The notes below the pieces were generated by a model. The model saw only the letters and a list, made by a program, of their open reading frames with translations. It did not search any database and had not been told where the DNA came from. The position numbers and the translations under genes were made by a program. This document shows positions 47,913-60,669 of a stretch of 64,000 bases of DNA, one piece after another. Location: assembly GCF_018977255.1 (NCBI RefSeq), contig NW_024704749.1:4092001-4156000 (forward strand), read 5' to 3'. This DNA is from Callorhinchus milii (lineage: Eukaryota). Within the stretch, counting starts at the first letter, position 1, and each line of letters begins with the position of its first letter.

Positions 47913-49841
47913 AACAAACTGAGCAAGAACAATAAACTTCTAAAACAGACCAATGACCAATTTTATTTCAGGGATTTGGTGGTCAGGGCATCGCGAGAAA
48001 CTCCCTTCTCTTTTCAAATAGTGCTGTGGGAATCTTAACGTCCACCTGAACAGGCAGGCGGGACCTCAATTCAACATCCCATCTGAAGCACGATATATCT
48101 TTTTAAAACTTTTAAATCACCACAATTGCCGATGCTGGCAGTACTGGAGAAGCTTGTTAGATTAGTGGAGGTATTTCTCTGATGAGCGTATCTGTTTTAG
48201 AAGTTTATTGTTCTTGCTCAGTTTGTTACTGAACTCAAGGCAGGGCAAATTTGGCCCCGGGGACACAACACCTCATCTGGGGACTGTTCCCAAAAATCGC
48301 GGATGTGTATTCACCTAACATGTAAGTGACACTCATCGCTGAAACTGGCACCATCAATAGTAGTTATTACTACTATAATTAGCACCAGAAATGTTTCCAT
48401 TGGTTGGGGAGCCCAGAACCAGAGGGACACGAATATAAGATAGCAATTACGTCATCTAAAAGAATTTAGGAGGAACTATTTCATACTGAAGGTATTGAGA
48501 TTGTGGTACTTGCTAGCTGTTTGTACAGATGTATTCAACAGGAAGTTTGGCCTTCCTATGAAGGAGAGTGGAATGGAAGGGTATGGGAGAGAGTGAAGAC
48601 TTGTGTGGAGTATGAACACCAGCACAGACTGGTTGGACTGAGTGGCCTGCTTTTGTGCTGTACATTCTTTGTAAGCAACATAACTGGCATGAGTTATACC
48701 ACTGTGACTGGCAGCATCCTTGAAACTGCAATGTAGTGTACTTCTGTAAAGCTATGTGGCAAATTTATAATAAAAGGACTGGAACAGTTTAAATATTTTC
48801 ACATCTTTGATTTTATTGTACCTGACAAGTACTTAGATTTGTTTTATTTGCAGATGGTTGGAAGGGCTGTCTGTCACCTTTTTCTGAAGATCCTGCATTC
48901 ACAAGACCATACACGGTGTCCAACTTTAAATTGGGTGTTTTTAATCAGCCACAGTAGAATTAATTGCTGCCCGCCACCATGTGCAGACTTATTTTTAAAG
49001 AATTCACGGGAGCTCTGAATGCTTTTGCCCACAAAATGTACAGTCACTACACTTTACAGTATGTTCTGTGAAGTACTTTGAGACTTCTCAAAGATGTGAT
49101 AAGGTGCTATATTAAATGCAATGATTATTATTATGTTTTGGAACTGTGAGGAAGTGGTCTGCTGGTTTCTTCTCAGTATGGTAAACAGACTGACAGCATA
49201 GCTAATATGTTGAAGTGACTGTGTCTCAGTTAGTTTAGTAATGCAGTTATGTATTATGCAATGTGAAGGCTGCTTTATATAATTGCAAGTTCTTCTTGTA
49301 ATGTCACCATGCATCTGGGTATCTGTACAGAGGAATGGAGATTTTGCACTGTCTCATAAAGCACTCGAATATTTTCTTCCTGGGAATTCTAAATGTCTGG
49401 TGGAGGAGTCAATGACCTTTCAATTCTTGCTTATGTGTATCTTGCTCTACACTGGCAGTGCATCCAACTTCTAAGACAAGTATAGAGTTGTACTTGAGGT
49501 TTCTACCACAAGTATGTGGTTAACTGTCCATTCAGTAGCACTATAAGGCCCATGTCTTGCCTTGTTGAGGGTAATGGTGTGTTCCCCTTCATCAAATATG
49601 TGGTCTTCTTCAGCAGTTTTGCCCTTCTCCATGGATATGCCAATTAGCCCCAGTAGACTTGACAGAACTGGTCAAATCTCTGGTGATGTATGAGATAGTT
49701 TTCAGTATTGGTATTTGAACCATGCACAAACAATAAATGGTTTTAATATTAGCCTAGTTGGCTTATAATAATAATCCTTGCCTTTGATAGATCCTTGTCT
49801 TACCATGTCGTCACTATGTCCCAAAGCACAATCAAACACAC

Positions 49842-49939
49842 AATAAAATACTGTGTATTTTCTAGGCTTGGCATAATAAAATACTGTGTATTATTTAGGC
49901 TTAGTATAATAAAATACTGTATTTTCTAGGCTTGGCATA
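49842..49939 (+). repeat. Three tandem copies of an approximately 33-bp unit AATAAAATACTGTGTATTTTCTAGGCTTGGCAT
   Basis: Direct repeat. Confidence 0.85.
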
Positions 49940-52900
49940 GAACCAGTAATTAGGTTATTGATCTGAAGCAAAGCAACCAATTATGGACACAGGACTGACA
50001 GTTGGAGGTATAAAATGATGATGAATGACATGGCTCTGTCTGGAGATGGTAATCAATGGAAGTCTGCCAGAGCCTGCTTTAAGCTTTCTGCTGTTCAGAC
50101 TTTTTATTTAAAGAGGGTTCAGACCAAGTGCATTGTTAGCAAGTTTAACACATTTTCAGAAAACACCAGCTGATGGCCAGGTGGAGAGTACAGGAACAAA
50201 AGATAATATTCAAGTGAATGAAAGTTATTTCATTTCAACTATAGTCAGACTACTACCATTAATGAATCTAAAATGAGCAAATTTCAAGAACGGAGACCAA
50301 CAGAAATGTTAAGAGTAATTGACGCCCTTTGAAATATTTAACAATATTGTTGATTCATTCTTTAATGGAACATGGTGCTGTACAAGATTTGGTAAAAGAT
50401 TCAATGTTAAACAGAAAAGTACAGGCATAGATACTTTTTTGTTCCATGTGTTGCGTTCATATGGCATGTAATATACTTGGCACCTTCATACATGCAAATC
50501 CTTGAAAAATGCTGATGGCATTCATATTGTAAACAAAAATCTGTGTTGTGTGTCTTGCCAGGCTGTTTAAAACTTGGCAATAGTCACTGTGCTGTCTTCA
50601 CAGAACCCCCATCTAAGTCAAAGAATAAGATATAGGATTAGGGATAAGGAAATCAGCCAGGGTTCTTGCTCCTGACAACTATTCAGAAATCTCTTTTATA
50701 ATCTGGGGCAATTTGGAACATTTCCCTGACATTCATAATATTAGGAATTAAACCTGTCCATGGATGAATTTATATGACATGTGCACGATTTGTAAATATG
50801 CAAGCCAATTCATTCAAGCACATTCCAGCTTCTTCTATCTGTGTCTTTTGGTCAAGTTTGGTCAAGCTCTCAGCGATTTTTCTAGTTAGTTATGGTGACA
50901 TTTATGAATACACATAACCTAGAAACAAAGTTTGCCACGCCATTTACTGGGATTAATATATTAATCTCTGTAGGATGTCCTCAAGGGAACCTGTTATTCT
51001 ATGACTTAGTCAACGATATCAAAAGAGCCATAGACTTGGCAAGACAATGGCTAAACATATCTGCTGTCTATCAATGTCACAAAGAGTCCCCAGTGTAGGG
51101 GGCTCCATTATAGTAGGCAGCCATGGTCTCAAGGTCGATAGTGATACGAAACAGTTACTGTGCAGTTGGATCCTCTGCAGTTTCTTATTTAACTGTGAGG
51201 GTGTGGGTCACATCGGAGGTGAATTTGGAATCGCAGATAAAATTTGGAATGCTTGAGATTGGATTGAACCCGAGGATAGGGGGACCCAGCTAGCCCATTG
51301 CCACACATATGAGGGTGATGCTTAGTCACTAAAGTTAAGAGTAATATCCGAATGGATAGATTTCAAGATCCTCACGCTCGTTTTCAAATCCCTTCATGCC
51401 CTGGCACCACCCTACCTCTTGACCTACTTACCTTCCTCTTCGACCATGCCTACAGTCATCTTCCCCCTCCCCCTGACTCGGTGTTGTACCCCTCCACTGT
51501 CAAGTGCTCCGGGATGCTACCCTCTGTGAGGGGCACTATATAAATGCAAGTTGTTGTAATTAGGAATAAGATCCTGGAATTTGAGGCAATAACAGCCAGC
51601 GAAACCCAAATATGATTAACCAGCAAAGATGGCCCAAAGATCCACCTGGAGGGTTTCACAACCTAAAAAGAGACCATTGTGGAAAGGTAGGTGAGACATC
51701 CTAGTTTTTATCAAGGAGGAACTACATGTCATAGTCAAGGAAATGTGTTGTGCACATTAACTTTGCTGGTGGATTTTCCAGAGAATTGTAGATACTGTGA
51801 AGAAATGTGCCAGGACAAAGTGGGGAGAATGACCTATTTCTCTGCCAGGAAATAATTAATTTGGGGACGAAGGAAAAAATGTCCTATTGGAAGATTTTAA
51901 TTTTCCTAACATGTTCCCAAAGGGCAGTCTATTCCCAAATGGGAACAAAGAAGGGCTGTTCTTGCTAACTTTTTCATGCAGTGTCTGACTATTACATATA
52001 TTCACCTTGGTACTGAACAACACTGCCAAAATAGTTAATACTGTAACAGTTGGACAAAACCTAGAGGACAGTCTTCAATATCCTGGTTAAGGTTACATTC
52101 ACTCTCAGCTCTACGTTACCCCCAGTCCTCAATACCTTCAGGAATGAGAGGCAATATGATGCAGAAAACAACAGAAAAGGTTTTATTTACATTCAAATTC
52201 ATTTTCATAGGAGATATGTGTAATGTCCACTTTTTAAAATCCTGTTTTCGTTGTAGAGAATGAGTTAATATACGGCTCGCTAGGCTGAACAAACTCTACA
52301 TTCCACATTATAATGGGAAATCTCATTCTCAATACAGAATGAGAAGTTCACTGGTTTTAGCGAACAGATTGTGCTAAACTTCCCTAACTAACTTGTCACT
52401 GAGATAAGTTCCAGTTTTGTTCCCCAATAAACAACAATTTGCACCTACATAGTATAGTGTCTTTCACTTCAGGACAAAGTCTCAAAGCACTTTACAAATA
52501 TGGAGTGGGAGGACATTCAGCACAATGGTTGGATACTTATAATTGGTTTCAATTTCCTGTGACAGAAAAAGTGCAATATTTTGTTACTAATTGCTATTCC
52601 AGAGACTCATATTTGGTTAAAATACTCCATTCATTTTGAGTTAACTGGTTGGGGTGCTTTGTAAAGTCACACTGTTGGTCATCACCATGCACAATGAATG
52701 ACCAAGCATTTGAGTTTATTCGATTATGCCCTTCTCAAAGCCTATTGAACAAAAGCCATACACACCAGAAAATTGTAGGTACAGTAGTAATCACTGCTGA
52801 AAAATATGGATATTTAGAAATTGGCTGAGAATAGGATTGGGTTTTCCTGTGATGTCCTCCACAATCAAATGGTCTGCCCATATTCACTACTCAATCAATG

Positions 52901-53028
52901 TATGTGACCTATGGTTTAGGAGTGGGAACCCTGACCAATATTTTTACTCTATCCCAGGAATACAGAGATCAATTACCACTCTGACTGCCATCAAGGCTGA
53001 GATCACTAACTCAGCACTACCTGGCATA

Positions 53029-53385
53029 CCATAGTGTAGTGATTAGACCCAGTTTCGATTCCCCGGCGGGGCGAAACCTTAAGCAAGTTTCCTTACTCTG
53101 TATGCCTCTGTTTACCTAACAGTAAGTAGGAACCCGGTTGTTAATCGATTGGGGGATTGCTATCTGGGGGTACTAATCTTTCTAAAAAAATAAATTAAAA
53201 ATTAATAATTTGTTCACTCAATCCACGACTGTTTGTGGGACATTGCTGTGCGCAATTGGCTGATGTGTTTCACCCCCAAAATATACAGTCATTTCACTTT
53301 AGAGTATATTCTGTGAAGTGCTTTGAGACGTCTCAACGAAGTGATAAGGTGCTATATCAAATACATGGATTATTATTATTATTAT
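53029..53385 (+). mobile_element. tRNA-derived SINE (long form)
   Basis: Partial head, middle and (TTA)n tail. Confidence 0.88.
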
Positions 53386-56300
53386 CTTTCCTGATTTCTC
53401 GAGCTCAACTGGGTAAACATGGAGAGCCATTGAAGATACCTCTGAAAGTACCACTGCGAAGAGTGTAGTGCAACAAAAAAGGAGATGGCTCGTGCTTTTT
53501 TGTGTTTTTGTTGAATTACTACTTGATTTGTTTAATGAATGAGTGCTTTTGTAATGTCAAGGAGGAATTATTTTGTCTCACAATATGAAGGAGTTGGTCT
53601 ATCACTTCAAACATTAACAATGAGTTATGAGTGCAAATAAAAGGACTGCGACTAAAAAAATCAGCAGGATATGGCATGGTCGGCCATTTTGCTCACTGAC
53701 CTTTGTTCTCCAGAATTTGGCGGCTTTCAGAAATTGTCGACACCAATCCAACCATTCAGCCAAAAGAACCTCAAATTACCGTTTCAACAACAATTTGCAC
53801 TTATATAGTGCCCTTCAGGTGGAGTAGCGTCCAGCAGTGCTTCTCATCCATTTTGTGAAGAATGTAAATCAGCCCCGAAAGACACTCTATTATTCTTCCA
53901 AGTCCCCTTCAAATTCAGTAATATCATTAGCATATCAGCGCTTGGGACGTCCTCCCGACGTGAAAGGCGTTACACAAATGTCATTTTGTTGTTGTTGTTG
54001 TTGTAGTATTCACTATCTAAGGAAAACAGTCAAACACAATATGAAAAAAAAGCGAATTTCAAAAATTGTTCAAGGGAAAATAAAAGGGTTCGTTACCAGG
54101 GCCAGTAAAGGAATACATTTGCAGTTTGGCGATCGAGGGTCAGCATCAAGCACTCTCAGGTCATATACACCATGAGCTAGACAGAGTATGGCTTCCTCTC
54201 TGTGTTTTTTAATAACACTCCCCAGCTATAGATGAGAAAAACATCTCCTACAGTGGCATAACCGATAGCAGATTAAAAGCACCACTGTCAGTCATCAACG
54301 TGTCAGTGCAAGGTGAAGTCTTCACAGTATAAAAGAAGCATAAAATTCTCCCACAGTGCATTATCATTCCTGAGCGATAAGGTGTTCATTTCTAGCATTT
54401 AGTTTCACTGCGTAACTGATCCTAGTTTAGGTGCTGAGACTTCTACACAGGATCGATTGGAACAGTTATCTATGGTTACAGGTTCTGAGTAAGTTGTTGG
54501 TTGATAGTTCTTTTTTCAAATGATCTCTTTGGAATATTATTACTATGTTGTTGATCTCTGGTGTACTTTGGTTGTTGCAGATTTGTATTTTGTAATTCTT
54601 TTTATTCATATTTTCGTGAATTTTATTCTTTGTTTTGTACCCACTTACATAGCTGGGGTATTTTTCAGGATGATTTGGAAAGAGGGAATGTTATGATGTG
54701 CTCTTGGGAGGATAAATGGACCAAATAACATCAAATTAATTTTCTTCTATGCATTATTCCCATTTCTCGGCTGGGCTAGATCATTTGATTGCTATTCTTT
54801 CACTGTACCCTTAGTATTCAATAAAGCCTTGTATGCGTACATAAGAATTCACTCTGAGAGCTGTGAGTAAATTTATTGGGTAACTTTTTTTCAAATACAG
54901 TGCTGTATAAGTTGAAAAAACAGCAATTTCCAGAATGTGTAAACCATTCACCAAAAACAGGCAGAGATCTACTCACATTATCTAAACTAAACTGCCCTCA
55001 CTGTGAGCTGACAAAGTCCTTTGCACTGTCTCAAAGAGAAAGAAAAGCAAGCTCCCCACAGAACCTAGATAGGCTGCACACACATGCCATTCATCACATT
55101 GATGGATTTAAAGTGCTCTGGGTCACAGCTGGGGTTTGTACTCTGTACTCACGTAAATATGAATATATGTTTAGTCTCATCTTTATGTCCTCCATGAACA
55201 GCTGTGACTCATAAACAAACGCAATAGATGAAAACTGAATAAAACTACCTCTGTTACTTTCACGTTCTATATCATAAATTGATGTACCCTTTAGTAATTT
55301 CAAGGCTATAATGTCATGAAGTAGTTTCATGATGGTTACAAATTGATTTGAGATTTGCTCGTGTGGTTTATTAATGTAATTTGAACTCATCAATTACATT
55401 TACTGCTTAATAATCACGCCCAACTTTTCATTGTTTTCCATATACAGTCCCTTGAGAGTAAAAGGGCTTGACTTGTAATTTTCTTGAAAAATAAAAATAA
55501 ATTCCCTCTTTGTTCTTCTCTAATCAGAAGAGCTGTGATCCATATCCTGGGATATAGTTCTATAAGCACCTCTGAGCTCTCTCTTATCTAAATCCATCCT
55601 TCATCCGTGACTTTTTGACTCTGAGGAGACTGGTAAATGCAATTGAGCTTCACCTGACATTCACTTACAGACACTTTACAGCAGAGGTTACAGACAGCAA
55701 TCAGGTGTTGGAACCCAAGTTGATTTACCCCCCTCCATGCATTCTGTATGTCACTCAATATTCCATATTCAATACTGCAGTCACTTCACCTCGCCCCCTC
55801 CTTAGCCTCCTTCAAGTCCCGCCTCAAGACCCTCCTCTTTGACCATGCCATCGGCCACCCCACTTCCCCTTCCCTCCCTTCTCCCCCCCTGACCCCAGCT
55901 CGGGTCTGAAATGCTGTACTCTGTCGTCCTCCTGACGTGAAAGGCGCTATACAAATGTGATCTTGTTGTTGTAACCCAGGTCTGCAGAAGCCATTTGTCG
56001 CAAGCATACTCACTTCCAATCTAAAGTCAGATAACTAAGCACCGAGTAGATTGAACAAAAAAATCCAAGTCTGTATTCATACCAGTGTCTTTATCAATTA
56101 AGTCACGAGGGAATGGGAACCAGAAATGCAGCTTTAAAGTTGATTTTGACTGTGACAAATCATTATTTGATTTTGTGGCCAACATTAATAGTGTTACCAT
56201 GTTAACACTTCCAATCTAGTCCAGGCTGTTTGGGGAAATACAAGGAGGGAAACTGAGAAAAACACAAAAAGTAACTCAATCTACACTTCTTCTGTGAACA

Positions 56301-57979
56301 CCTGGTCCAAGAATGATGTCTGCCATAAAGAGCAGTTTCTATACAAATGCGTAAAATTAATTTAAAACTTACATTCCTGAACTCTGCTACATGAATTTTA
56401 ATTGATTTGCATAAAATGTTTGACATTTGCCATTTTTTTCTGTTTTGAAATGAACACAGTGGTGTATAGTGACCTCAGCACCAGGTATGTTAACAAATAT
56501 CTTGATCAGTAGGCAATGTCACTGACAGTGTGAAACTGAGCAATACACACCAGAAAAATCCCAGGTTTGATAGTAAGTTAAATGTTTTTGAAATGTTCTT
56601 CACTGTGTACAAAACGTGTTTCACATTTCTACACTTTCTTCTTCTTTGCATTCTCTAATGCTTTTCAGTTTTTTTTCCAGCAAGCCTTATTTGGTAAAAC
56701 GAATAAATTCAAAAGTTAAGGTACTTTAAGGGAAAAAGCATTGAAATTAAGTTTTACATATTGCTTTGGGAATAGCTGAGTTGAGATGTCACCTTGGATC
56801 CTTGATGGAAATAAGCATATTTTTGTAATGAGACTGTTGGAATGGAAACGGCAATAGATTCTCACAAAGCTGAAAGTAGATTCAACAAAACACACAAGGT
56901 TCTCATTAATTATTATGTACCTTATGAAAACTGACATTCTCTCAGTTGACAGTGGCTTACTGAGAAGAGAATCAGCAGCAAGACTAATGTACATCAGTAA
57001 ATCCTGAGGTGTATTTTATAGGTTCACCATGCTCCAAACAAAGATTCTTATTTGCTGATGATTTCTTTGAATCGTCGATGTATGAAAGGATTTTGTGATC
57101 AATGTTTTTATTAGTTTGATGAAAAAAACAAGAACGAAACTGTTGAGCTCTGCATTCTGCAAAGTAAAGGACCGCAGTAAAGCATGGGTCAAAAAGATTC
57201 TGAGGTTTCAGTATCTATTGTTGATCATCATAATATTCCTTGCATTTGATATAACGCCTCATCATGTCGTTGAGACGTCTCAAAGACGTCTTCACGGAAT
57301 ATATTGTAAAGTGGACTGACCGCGTATCTTGTGGGCGAAACGCGGCAGCCAATTGTACCCGGCCGTGCCCCACAAACAGCGGTGGACTGAGCGACCAATT
57401 TCTTCCTCTCGCTTCTGATTGTTAACCGGAGAACCATCCTCGCCATCTGACGTAGCGCCTTATCACGTCGTCGTCGGCCCTTCACGGGATTACGTTACCG
57501 GAGAGATTCTCGGGTGTGGATGTGTTGGGCAGTCACTCTAAGTTAACTACTCGCTCCGCCAAGACTCCCACATGAAGAAACGAAGCGTACAGCCACTCGG
57601 GACAAAGGCAGGCAGGGGACAAGCCAGCAAGCCACCTGCTCAGCCCAACCTCCATTACTCAGGCTGAGGGTATGGGGAGGGCCTGTTTGGGGAGGGGTTG
57701 TTTGTGGTAGTGGTTGGTTGGTGGGTGAGGTGAGGTGGGGGGGGGGGGTGGAGGGTGAATATAAATGGCAGGTTTAAACCAAGAAGGTTTTATATCAACA
57801 AATTTGATGTCTACCCTTTATGACCTTTGCTATTTGATTTGCTCGCGTTGTGTGTGAATAGTCACCACCCCCCACAACTCCCCCCCCACCCCCACAGCCC
57901 CCCACAACTCCCCCCCCCACAGCCCCCACAACTCCCCCCCCCCACAGCCCCCCACAACCTCAACCTCGCCCCAATCTCC

Positions 57980-58860
57980 TCACCTCGGTGCAACAGCATC
58001 AATCTTCTCCTCATAGCGACGGCAAACACGCCGAGAGGCCACGACGACGCCAAAGGCCGAGACCGCCAAACAAACCCTGGTTGCTAGGATACAGTCTCGG
58101 GGAGGGGGGCGGGGGAGGGGGGGGGGGAAGGCCGGCGTCGCCAGCCATTTTGTAGCCCAAAGGCCACCAAACACTCGTCCCAAAAAGTAGCCCAAAGTTC
58201 AGGCGTTGCACGCCGCGCGGGCAGAAGAGCGGCCGATCCAGGACGGTGCTTTTGAAACTGGGTAAGAATAGGTCTTCGGAGGGGGAGGGAGGGGAACGTC
58301 TGTCACAGGTTTAAATTAAATACAATCAGGCGACTCCTCCGCCCGAAGCTGTACATCGCGAAAAAAACCGCCCAATTGGGCGTGAAACCCGCCCAATCTG
58401 CTGACGGATGTCGGCGGCGGTGGACTGAGGGGCGGGCGGGCGGGCGGGCAGAGGGGGTGGGGGGGGGGGGGAGACGCAGCGCGATACATGCCGGTCCGAA
58501 ACACAATGCTGAGGAAAACAGCGCTGGGCGATTGAGAGCCGGGACCATTCAGAGGGGAGAGCTGAGTTCGCGGCGACCAATGGGTGTGAAGCGTGTGTGG
58601 CGGGAGGGGGGAAGGGAAGCTATCTGCCGGCGCCCGGCGACTCGCGGTACTATTCGGGCGGCGTGAGGCGACGGTGCTGCTGTCCGCGAGGTCTTTGGGT
58701 GTTTTTTTTTCACACACACACACACACACACTCAACGCTCGAGGCGCTCACACTCGCTCGGTTTTCCAGGAACGAAGTGAGTAGTAGTAGTAGTAGTTAG
58801 TTAGTTAGTTAGTTAAGTGTCGTAATTATTCTTACGCCCTCGGCGGGTGGGGGGGAGGGA
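57980..58860. promoter_or_regulatory. DYNLL1 CpG-island promoter, probably bidirectional; non-coding exon 1 probably ends at 58776
   Basis: CpG-dense, several CCAAT boxes, X-box-like GTTGCTAGGATAC, YY1-type GCCATTTT; donor GAA|GTGAGT at 58777. Confidence 0.7.
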
Positions 58861-60537
58861 AAAGGAAAAACAAAAAACGCGTGAGTTATTCACCTTCAAA
58901 CCGTCGGGGGGGGGGGGGGGTTCTGCACCGTTATTTGGTGATTTTTTTTTCAACAAAAATGCTATATTGATGATGATGATAATGATACGTTACAAACATG
59001 TACCTCTTGTGCGCTTTTTCTTTTGATACGTGAAGAGAGAAAGAGAGAGAGAGCGAGAGAGAGAAGAGAGAGAGAGAGAGAAGGGGCTTCATTCCAGGGA
59101 GGGTCCCGACCAGATGGCCGTTTTTTATTTAAATTTGTGTGTGTGTGTGTATATATATATATATGTTTGAAGGGACCTATCGTTATTTTGTCTGTCTGTG
59201 TTTATTTAAATGTGTGTGTGTGTGTATATATTTGTATGTGCACTAACATCTGAAGGGATGGCAGCATTGTTTTGTCCGGAGAGAGAGAGAGAGAGAGAGC
59301 GCAGCACCAGCGCGTCCGTTGGACGCTTATTTGTGTCCTAACACGGGACTGGCCGGACAGTCCTGGCCACCTATCTATCTATCTATCTGTCTATCTATCT
59401 ACCCACCCTGTTATCTTTATTTTTTTTTAAAACAAAAACTTTATCCCAGACTTTATTGGGAATAGGTATTGTCATGGTATCACGAGATTTTTGGTCACTG
59501 TGTGTGATAGAGATATATATATATATATATATGGTATTACCGTTATTGAAGGAGTAGGAAGGGTTCTCCGTCGGTTTAATAAAAAGAGGAGGAGAACCCC
59601 CCCCCCCCCCCCCCCCGACCATTACCACCACCAAAAAACACTCACGTCCATTGAGTGTGTTAGATCTGCGGAGTGAAGGGGATCAATTCACTTAACAGCG
59701 AACGCCAAACGTCCTCCCCCCCCCCCCCCCCCTCCGGTCAAGGGAGGGAGGAGAGGGATTTTGGAGGATAAACGTCGTCTTCTTAAGCAAAAGGTGGGGG
59801 GGGGGGGGGAGTTGCTTGAGGTTTTGGCAAAAGACTGGAGATCCAAGCAAAGTGAGAGGGGTGGGGGGGGAAGTCCCTTCTAAAATTCCTAACTTCGAAC
59901 AACTGAATTCAACGCACTTAATTAAATGTACTTTTTTTCAGAAGGGAAGAGAGGGTTATCTAAGACCAGACTGCCCTCCAAATATATCCAAAGTTATCAA
60001 TGTGAAGTTTAAAATACCAGCCGTGAGAATGCAACCCCTCACTGACTCAAAAAACGTTGCTTTCCCTTTTTTTCATGCCCCCCCCCCTTCGCCTCACTCA
60101 ACGAAAAATGGCACGGAGATGTGTATTTCATGGTCTCGGAGAGGCTAGAAAAATCTCCCATATACTGGATGGATTAATAAATACTTAAGCTTGTTGGTGT
60201 GAAACCGAATATGGAACTGAATGGCTTATGCGCTATAAAAATCCTCATTGGACAAATAAAATATAATTCACGTCTTAAATTGGCTTGTAATACTGTCAAA
60301 ATGCAACTGACTTACGGTCTCCACATAAGTTTGCATCATTGGCATTGACTTTGCAATTCCATCATTCTTGAGTTAAGATGGAGTTACTCAACAGTTAGTT
60401 ACCTGAATTTGTTTTCAATGAGTAGCCTTTTGAATGGATTGATTATTATTTCCTCTAGTACAGTTCAATAGTGTGAGTCTATTGTGTTTGACTGACTGTC
60501 TGATTAAGACTTTGGTTTCCAATTATTTTAGGTAACC

Positions 60538-60669
60538 ATGTCGGAAAGAAAAGCGGTCATTAAGAATGCCGATATGGCAGAAGAGATGCAGCAGGACGCT
60601 GTGGAATGTGCCACCCAGGCATTAGAGAAGTACAACATTGAGAAAGACATAGCAGCTTACATCAAGAAG
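60538..60669 (+). CDS. DYNLL1: Dynein light chain LC8-type 1, first coding exon (remainder outside the window)
   Basis: [44 protein letters not shown]; acceptor TTTTAG 6 nt before the ATG, donor GTAATT; DYNLL1 assigned by synteny with SRSF9. Confidence 0.92.

Noticed and set aside
55021-55097. C/D snoRNA starting at a minus-strand GTGATGA
   Set aside because: No CTGA D box or terminal stem at a suitable distance
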